Of a stretch of DNA of 32,000 bases, positions 25,876 to 32,000 are shown piece after piece. How positions within the stretch are numbered: position 1 is the first letter of the stretch; each line of letters opens with the position of its first letter. Below the pieces are notes generated by a model. It saw nothing but the letters and a program-made list of their open reading frames with translations. It made no database searches and was not told the DNA's origin. Made by a program: the position numbers and the translations under genes. Location of the stretch: NCBI RefSeq assembly GCF_009557235.1, contig NZ_CP045650.1, forward strand, positions 1,440,001 through 1,472,000. The letters run 5' to 3'. Origin of the DNA: Acinetobacter wanghuae (GTDB lineage Bacteria; Pseudomonadota; Gammaproteobacteria; Pseudomonadales; Moraxellaceae).

Positions 25876-27043
25876 ATAGAATATTGAGAATCGCATCGAC
25901 TGGATTTTCACTATTGCCTGCAAGCAGCTGCTTATGCATTGTTATATGTTGCATGGCTTGAATCTGTGCGGTTTCTACATGCATTAAAGCTTCAATTTCA
26001 GCTGCTAATTTTTCAGGTGTGGCATCGGCTTGGATCAATTCTTGAATCACTTTTTTGCCTGCAATAATATTCGGCAAAGAATAATATGGAATTTTAATTA
26101 AGAATTTCACCACATGATAAGTGAGCCAATTCAGCTTATAGAAGGTTACCATCGGACGGTGCAATAGCATGGCTTCTAGTGTTGCTGTGCCAGATGCCAA
26201 GGCAATGATATTGGAGGCATTCATCACCTGACGACCAATTTTAGATTCAGTATCACGATTTTCAAGGACCCGGATCTGATCTTGAAGGCTCTGCGGATAA
26301 GACTGTAACAGTGCATCAATTTGTTGTTTACGTGCATCATTAATCGCAGGAATCAAGAACTGATAGTTCGAATATTTTTGATGCAAAATTTGCGCAGCAT
26401 CGAGCACCAATGGCCCTAATTTTTCAATCTCACCACGGCGACTTCCGGGCAACAGCGCAATATGTTTTTGCTGCAAATCCAATCCGAGTTCTTGCTTGGC
26501 GTCATCAAGGGCATTTTCTAGAGGTAACTGTCCTGCCAAAGGATGACCCACGAAAGCTGCTGGCACTTGCCATTTCTGGTAGAACGCTTTTTCAAATGGG
26601 AATAAACACAGAACCAAATCAATAGTGGCTTTGATGCCATGTACGCGTCCTTGACGCCACGCCCATACCGATGGACTGACATATTGCACCGTTTTAATCG
26701 GTAGGTGTTTTCGTTTTAAGCTTTTTGACAACCGTAAATTAAAATCAGGTGCATCAATACCAATAAAAATATCAACGGGGTCTTTGCTCCATGTCTCCAC
26801 AAGACCATCACGTACAGCAAAAAGCTTTTTAATATCTTTTAAAACTTCGACAATGCCCATCACCGATAAAATATCCATCGGATAATAACTTTTAAAGCCT
26901 TCAGCGAGCATTTGTGGCCCACCAATCCCTTCAAATTCTGCATCAATGCCTTGCTCTCGAAAACTACGGATCAGTTTTGCTCCTAGTGTATCACCTGATA
27001 CTTCGCCGACCACGATTCCGATTTTAAGTTTCCGATTTTGCAA
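25874..27043 (-). CDS. lpxB: Lipid-A-disaccharide synthase
   Basis: The N-terminal IGIVVGEVSGD motif is present. Length is about 390 aa with a GT-B layout (SPSVWAWR, LLPGSR). Confidence 0.88.
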   Translation of the reverse strand: MQNRKLKIGIVVGEVSGDTLGAKLIRSFREQGIDAEFEGIGGPQMLAEGFKSYYPMDILSVMGIVEVLKDIKKLFAVRDGLVETWSKDPVDIFIGIDAPDFNLRLSKSLKRKHLPIKTVQYVSPSVWAWRQGRVHGIKATIDLVLCLFPFEKAFYQKWQVPAAFVGHPLAGQLPLENALDDAKQELGLDLQQKHIALLPGSRRGEIEKLGPLVLDAAQILHQKYSNYQFLIPAINDARKQQIDALLQSYPQSLQDQIRVLENRDTESKIGRQVMNASNIIALASGTATLEAMLLHRPMVTFYKLNWLTYHVVKFLIKIPYYSLPNIIAGKKVIQELIQADATPEKLAAEIEALMHVETAQIQAMQHITMHKQLLAGNSENPVDAILNIL

Positions 27044-27120
27044 TTGAATTCCCTTTTAAATATCTCATACAGCTTTAATTTTATCATAGTCATTCTATGA
27101 AGATACTTTTGTATGAAAGA

Positions 27121-27135
27121 GCTTAGGATATTTTA
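27121..27135 (+). repeat. Short intergenic motif, copy D (GCTTAGGATATTTTA, one mismatch)
   Basis: It matches copy A at 14 of 15 positions. It lies in the lpxB / TauE divergent intergenic region. Confidence 0.4.
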
Positions 27136-27402
27136 AACTTTTTAATGACAATCATCATTTGAATAGCATTCTCTATTTATTCACGAGCATCCATATCGTT
27201 CTCTCAATCCCAATGATTACCTTGCATTTTCTGATCTTAAGTTCAGTTTCCTACTAAAAATTAGAGTCCAAAAACCTTTGGAAAAATATCTTTTCAGTTC
27301 TGCTTTATCTTTTTTTTGCATAAGCAATTCTATAATCAAGACAACGACTTATCTTTAAAAGTCATAAGATATCCGCGTTTTTAGATATTGGCATAGATAT
27401 AC

Positions 27403-28293
27403 ATGTTGGGTTCCATCGAGTTTATTTTAGCGGGTGTGTTGGTTGGTTTTTGTGTGGGCGTAACGGGTGTCGGTGGTGGTTCTTTGATGACCCCCATTTT
27501 AATTACACTGCTTCGTGTCGAACCCCATATCGCAATTGGAACAGATTTGTTGTATGCCGCTATTTCTAAATTCTGTGGATCATTAGTGCATGCTAAAAAA
27601 ATGAATATCGTGTGGCCGATTGTGCTGTGGTTAGCTGTGGGCAGTATTCCCGCATCTTTTGCGACGCATTGGGTACTTGAGCACTATTTAAGTCAGTCAA
27701 CCCACTATAAAGCCACTTTAACGATGGTCTTGGGCTTTATGTTGACCCTGACTGGGATCTCCATTTTAATGCGCACTCACATTGAACGCTTCTTTAATAA
27801 ACATCGTAAGCAAGAACTCTCTGACCTCAGCTTAGATATGGACAAGGTCAAACAACAAGCCAAAGATAAACGTGTCTTAATTATTATCATGGGAATTGTG
27901 CTTGGTGTTTTCGTGACGCTTTCATCTGTCGGTGCAGGCGCATTCGGCATTATGGCACTCATTTTGATGTTCCCCAATTTACCGATGATTCGAATTATTG
28001 GCTCAGACGTGGTACATGCCGTGATGCTGACTTTAGTGGCAGGTCTGGGTCATATGAGTGCAGGTAACGTCGATTTTGTCTTACTCGGCTGGTTATTATT
28101 GGGCTCAATTCCTGCGATTATTGTCGGAACCTTATTGAGTTCACGTATGCCTGAAAAACTGATCCGTAAGATTTTAGGCGTGACTTTATTCTGTTTAGGC
28201 GTGAACTTTATTGTGAATCCTGTGAAATCAAAACCGGCTCAATCAGTAGAATCTGCCATGATGATTCAAGCTGAAAAATCGCAGTCCGTTTAA
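27403..28293 (+). CDS. Sulfite exporter TauE/SafE family membrane protein
   Basis: A polytopic membrane protein with GVGGGSLMTPIL near the N-terminus and a repeated half (SVGAGAFG). A hydrophilic central loop is present. Confidence 0.75.
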   Translation: MLGSIEFILAGVLVGFCVGVTGVGGGSLMTPILITLLRVEPHIAIGTDLLYAAISKFCGSLVHAKKMNIVWPIVLWLAVGSIPASFATHWVLEHYLSQSTHYKATLTMVLGFMLTLTGISILMRTHIERFFNKHRKQELSDLSLDMDKVKQQAKDKRVLIIIMGIVLGVFVTLSSVGAGAFGIMALILMFPNLPMIRIIGSDVVHAVMLTLVAGLGHMSAGNVDFVLLGWLLLGSIPAIIVGTLLSSRMPEKLIRKILGVTLFCLGVNFIVNPVKSKPAQSVESAMMIQAEKSQSV

Positions 28294-28399
28294 TTTAACT
28301 ATACGATTCATCACTTTTTTTTCAAAGATTTATTCATCTTTTTTATAACAAAGTGACGCATCATTCATGTTATATTCGGGCTATTAAACAACCTTTTGT

Positions 28400-29512
28400 A
28401 TGATCGAACCAGTGACGGCAATGAATACACTACAGTCAAAAACTATTTCACAATCCGATATCGATGATGTGAATATCCAAAGCATGATTCCACTTGTAAC
28501 CCCTGCTGATTTAAAAGCAGAGTTACCTTTGACTGATACTGCTTATCAAACCGTACTGAATGGTCGTGAAACGATTCGTAAAATCTTAGATGGTGAAGAT
28601 AAACGCTTATTTGTGGTGATTGGTCCTTGTTCTATCCACGACACAGCCGCAGCGCATGAATATGCACAACGTCTGAAAGTGTTAAGCGAACAAGTCAAAG
28701 ATACACTGTATATCGTTATGCGTGTTTATTTTGAAAAGCCACGTACCACTGTGGGTTGGAAAGGTCTTATTAACGACCCTGACATGAATGACTCGTTCAA
28801 TATTGAAAAAGGTTTACGTATTGGTCGTAAACTATTACTCGAATTGAATGAATTGGGCTTACCGTGTGCGACTGAAGCGCTCGATCCAAACTCACCACAG
28901 TACTATCAAGATCTGATTTCATGGTCAGCAATTGGCGCACGTACTACGGAAAGCCAAACGCATCGTGAAATGTCATCGGGTCTATCATCACCTGTGGGCT
29001 TCAAAAACGGCACAGATGGTGGTTTAACTGTTGCAACCAATGCGATGCAATCGGTAAAACATGGACATAGCTTCTTGGGTTTAAACGATCAAGGTCAAGT
29101 CTCTGTCATTCGTACTTCGGGTAACCCGTATGCACACGTGGTTTTACGTGGTGGTAATGGCAAACCAAACTATGACGCAGGTTCAGTGGCAGATGCAGAG
29201 TTTGCTTTAGCCAAAGCAAAAGTCAGCAACAAAATTATGATTGATGCCAGTCATGCTAACTCGAACAAAGATCCGTATCTACAACCATTGGTCTTAAAAA
29301 ACATTACAGAACAAATTGTTGATGGAAATAAGTCAATTGTTGGTATTATGGTAGAAAGTCATCTAAAAGGTGGTCGTCAGGATATTCCGACCAACTTATG
29401 TGATCTTGAATATGGCAAATCAGTGACCGATGGATGCATCGATTGGGAAACCACTGAAAAAACCTTGCTGGATATGCATAACGGTCTGAAGGATATTCTT
29501 CCAAACCGCTAA
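28400..29512 (+). CDS. 3-deoxy-7-phosphoheptulonate (DAHP) synthase, class I, canonical paralog
   Basis: It is strongly colinear with E. coli AroF/AroG ([59 protein letters not shown]). The start is ATG 28400 or 28421. Confidence 0.9.
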   Translation: [370 protein letters not shown]

Positions 29513-29520
29513 GTATCACG

Positions 29521-29552
29521 CAAACGCCATCGATAAGATGGCGTTTGTATTA
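29521..29552 (+). terminator. Intrinsic terminator after the second DAHP synthase
   Basis: An 11-bp perfect stem pairs CAAACGCCATC (29521-29531) with GATGGCGTTTG (29537-29547) around a 5-nt loop. TATTAT follows. Confidence 0.7.
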
Positions 29553-29575
29553 TAACGATAGGAAAATTTTATCTG

Positions 29576-30100
29576 ATGAATGAAATTGAAACTGCACTCA
29601 GTCATATTGAAAATTTTCAATTTATCCATGAGCATTTATTTAGCTCAGCTCAGCCGACGAAAGCAGAATTAAAACTGATTAAAGAATATGGCATTTCTAC
29701 CATCATTAATGTGGCGGTCAGTGATACAGAACAATATTTAGAACATGAAGATAAAATTTGCCTTGATTTAGGCTTAAATTACATCCAATTGCCCATTTCA
29801 TGGGAAACCCCATCAGACGATCAATGTTTGTTGGTATTAGATATGATCGACCATTTGGTTGAGCAACAAAGTGTTTGGGTGCATTGCAGCCAGAATTTTC
29901 ATGTCAGTAGTTTGATGTATTTATATCGTCAATATTATATGGATATGGACATGCCAACGGCGCAAGAACTATTGCATCAAATTTGGGAACCTAACGCCAC
30001 ATGGACGGGTTTAATCCATGCCGTTGCCCTACAACTTCAAGGTCGTAAAGCAACCCAAGAATTACAGCGCTCGCTCATTAGCCCTGATCATTTTGCATGA
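29576..30100 (+). CDS. Protein-tyrosine/dual-specificity phosphatase-like family protein (degenerate P-loop)
   Basis: The layout is PTP/DUF442-like ([24 protein letters not shown] ... [13 protein letters not shown]). Cys is present, but no Arg follows within the P-loop. Confidence 0.5.
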   Translation: MNEIETALSHIENFQFIHEHLFSSAQPTKAELKLIKEYGISTIINVAVSDTEQYLEHEDKICLDLGLNYIQLPISWETPSDDQCLLVLDMIDHLVEQQSVWVHCSQNFHVSSLMYLYRQYYMDMDMPTAQELLHQIWEPNATWTGLIHAVALQLQGRKATQELQRSLISPDHFA

Positions 30101-30576
30101 GAAATCAATACAGTCGCTGTTGACATGATTCCTTCTTGACGACCCGTAAAGCCTAATTTTTCAGTGGTCGTCGCTTTGATACTAATTTGTGTCACCTCGA
30201 CGTTTAACACATCTGCAATTGATTGACGCATCGCTAAATTATGCGGTGCCAATTTTGGCCGTTCACATGCCACAGTAATATCAGCATTATTGAGCACATA
30301 ACCACGATCTAAAATCAGTTGATAAACATGTTTTAACAGCACACGACTATCCGCCCCTTTAAAATTGGGATCGGTATCAGGGAAATGCTGACCAATATCA
30401 CCCAAAGCCAAAGCGCCCAATAAGGCATCTGCTAAGGCATGTAAAACTACATCACCATCAGAATGCGCTTTGAGTCCGTGCGTATGTGGAATTTGAATAC
30501 CGGCTAAAGTAACAAAATCACCTGCTTCAAATGCATGCACATCCAAACCTTGACCAATACGAATTTGTGCAACCAC
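30088..30576 (-). CDS. ispF: 2-C-methyl-D-erythritol 2,4-cyclodiphosphate synthase
   Basis: [12 protein letters not shown] and [18 protein letters not shown] motifs are present. I place the start at GTG 30576, preceded by AAGGA at 7 nt, giving about 162 aa. The ORF track start at 30618 is also GTG and adds 14 non-conserved residues. Confidence 0.85.
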   Translation of the reverse strand: MVAQIRIGQGLDVHAFEAGDFVTLAGIQIPHTHGLKAHSDGDVVLHALADALLGALALGDIGQHFPDTDPNFKGADSRVLLKHVYQLILDRGYVLNNADITVACERPKLAPHNLAMRQSIADVLNVEVTQISIKATTTEKLGFTGRQEGIMSTATVLISHAK

Positions 30577-30676
30577 TGTCTTATCCTTTGAAATATAACC
30601 GTTTGAAATCTTGTACACAGCGTTTCGATTTCGCTATAGTTAGCACATTCGAAACGAATAGAAAGTATAAGCGATC

Positions 30677-31318
30677 ATGTGGCTGAAAACTGATATAAAT
30701 ATGTTGAAAATCACTGGGCTTTTGTTTGGTTTAGGCTTTTTTTCGACACCAACAAGCTTTGCAAATCAAGAACTGTGTACAGCGACGTCCGCTCAAATGC
30801 GATGTTCACCACAGCTTGAAGACTTTCGAGTTAAATTATCAGAACAATATTTTACCGCTTATTTAATTACCGATGCGCCTTTGCGTTTATTGCAAGACAC
30901 CCAGCAACTCTGGTCGTATCGCTTAAATCAATGCAAAAAAATTGCCTGTTTTCAGCAACAATTTGAATCGCGCTTAGATGAAATCAACATTTTTATTTCA
31001 TTGAATCAAAGTTTAACGCAGCATTATTTAAAATATGAAAATGGCAAGATTGCCCGACCTGCGGTACATCTTAAGGTTCATCAACTGGGTAAAGACAAAA
31101 TCAAGATTGAAGGAACGGCTTATCGTAGCCCTAAAAATCGACTTGAAACCCAAACGATTCCTTTTCTAGCCTATACCACCCCGGATGAAAAAGCGGAAAT
31201 CACCAACAATGAAAATGATTGCAAGTATCACTTTAACTATGAAAAAGCCATTTTATCTGTGAGTAGTTCACAACAAGGCTGTGAACGATTTAACGGCATT
31301 TACCGTCTGTATGATTAA
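30677..31318 (+). CDS. Secreted hypothetical protein with a DUF1311/LprI-like Cys-framed N-terminal domain
   Basis: A signal peptide ending SFA-NQ is present. The pattern C...C...L..Y.....Q.LW...R...C (CTATSAQMRC...QQLWSYRLNQC) is seen. The start may be the ATG at 30701. Confidence 0.55.
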   Translation: MWLKTDINMLKITGLLFGLGFFSTPTSFANQELCTATSAQMRCSPQLEDFRVKLSEQYFTAYLITDAPLRLLQDTQQLWSYRLNQCKKIACFQQQFESRLDEINIFISLNQSLTQHYLKYENGKIARPAVHLKVHQLGKDKIKIEGTAYRSPKNRLETQTIPFLAYTTPDEKAEITNNENDCKYHFNYEKAILSVSSSQQGCERFNGIYRLYD

Positions 31319-31339
31319 TCTATCAAACTCCGTCAATCT

Positions 31340-32000
31340 TTAGATTAGCAGCGTTAACACCAATGGCAAAGTAAACGCAGCCACCACCGTTTGCAAACTA
31401 ATAATACTTGCCATCAACTCAGCATCTCCGCCATACACACGTGTCAGCACGTAAGAAGCAGATGCTGTCGGTAATGCAAAGAACAGCACCATGACTTGAG
31501 TCACAAGCAGCGACACCGCAAAGCTGCGACATAATGCATAAGCAATAAGTGGCATCAATAATAATCTGAGCACCGTATTCAATAAAATCGGTTTAATATC
31601 TTGATGTAGCTTATGAAACTGCAAAGCCGCGCCAACACACATTAATCCAAGTGGTAAACTGCAAATGGCAAGCAACTCAATAAATTGCTCAATCCCTGTC
31701 CACATGGTTAGCCCAGAAAAGTTATAAACTCCCCCTAAAATGCAGCCTACAATCAGCGGATTCTTCAGTAAGCTCAACAGCACTTTTGATATTTTTAAAT
31801 TATCATGATGCGTCAATGCTAAAACCGAGATGACATTGACTAAGGGAATACACAGCACCAGTAAAATAGCGAAAATGGTCATGCCAGCAGACTGAAATAA
31901 ACTACTGACCACTGCTAAGCCAATATACGTGTTAAACCTTAAAATGCCTTGCACATAGACACCAAAGCGTGCAAAGCCCATATTGTGATATTTTTTAAAA
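31340..32000 (-). CDS. AEC (auxin efflux carrier) family transporter, C-terminal part (N-terminus beyond the window end)
   Basis: The frame stays open upstream of the ATG at 31981 to the window edge. The sequence is polytopic and hydrophobic, typical of AEC-family permeases. Confidence 0.6.
   Translation of the reverse strand, partial: FKKYHNMGFARFGVYVQGILRFNTYIGLAVVSSLFQSAGMTIFAILLVLCIPLVNVISVLALTHHDNLKISKVLLSLLKNPLIVGCILGGVYNFSGLTMWTGIEQFIELLAICSLPLGLMCVGAALQFHKLHQDIKPILLNTVLRLLLMPLIAYALCRSFAVSLLVTQVMVLFFALPTASASYVLTRVYGGDAELMASIISLQTVVAAFTLPLVLTLLI

Noticed and set aside
30577-30618. A 14-codon N-terminal extension of ispF ([14 protein letters not shown]).
   Set aside because: It begins at a GTG without an RBS. 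The internal GTG at 30576 has an AAGGA RBS and gives the usual IspF length of about 160 aa starting VAQIRIGQG.

Overview
The window is a visibly AT-rich chromosomal segment. It looks like a Moraxellaceae/Acinetobacter-type gammaproteobacterium, judged from the divergent alkR/alkM pair, a stand-alone lpxB and protein motifs; this is inference only, no search was run. I support about 30 protein genes, mostly housekeeping or metabolic. In order: an MFS fragment, an orphan PilU-like ATPase, a divergent class-I DAHP synthase, an hppD-aroP-tyrB aromatic catabolism module, adhC, an HKD phospholipase D lipoprotein, and several small or hypothetical genes. Then follow a UDG-superfamily protein, an SGNH hydrolase, a frameshifted fatty-acid desaturase, and a LysR-linked operon of acyl-CoA dehydrogenase, APH-like kinase, histidine phosphatase and SDR. 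The rest are a membrane-anchored thermonuclease, a MarR-MFS pair, alkM/alkR, lpxB, a TauE/SafE permease, a second DAHP synthase, a PTP-like protein, ispF, a DUF1311-like secreted protein and an AEC transporter fragment. I saw no rRNA, tRNA, CRISPR array, transposase or integrase. The most interesting signal is in the roughly 1 kb ORF-poor spacer upstream of the first DAHP synthase, on the minus strand. It holds two tandem small ORFs packed with Tyr/Phe/Trp codons. The first is followed by a textbook set of mutually exclusive antiterminator and terminator helices with a U-tract, which suggests ribosome-mediated attenuation of the first shikimate-pathway step by all three aromatic aminoacyl-tRNA pools. 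Other points worth a second look are the split ACAD10/11-like kinase plus dehydrogenase cluster, a recurring 13-nt intergenic motif (GCTTAGGCTATTT), the desaturase frameshift, and the orphan PilU paralog. All calls rest on reading the sequence and translations by eye; no homology search, RNA folding or statistics were run.
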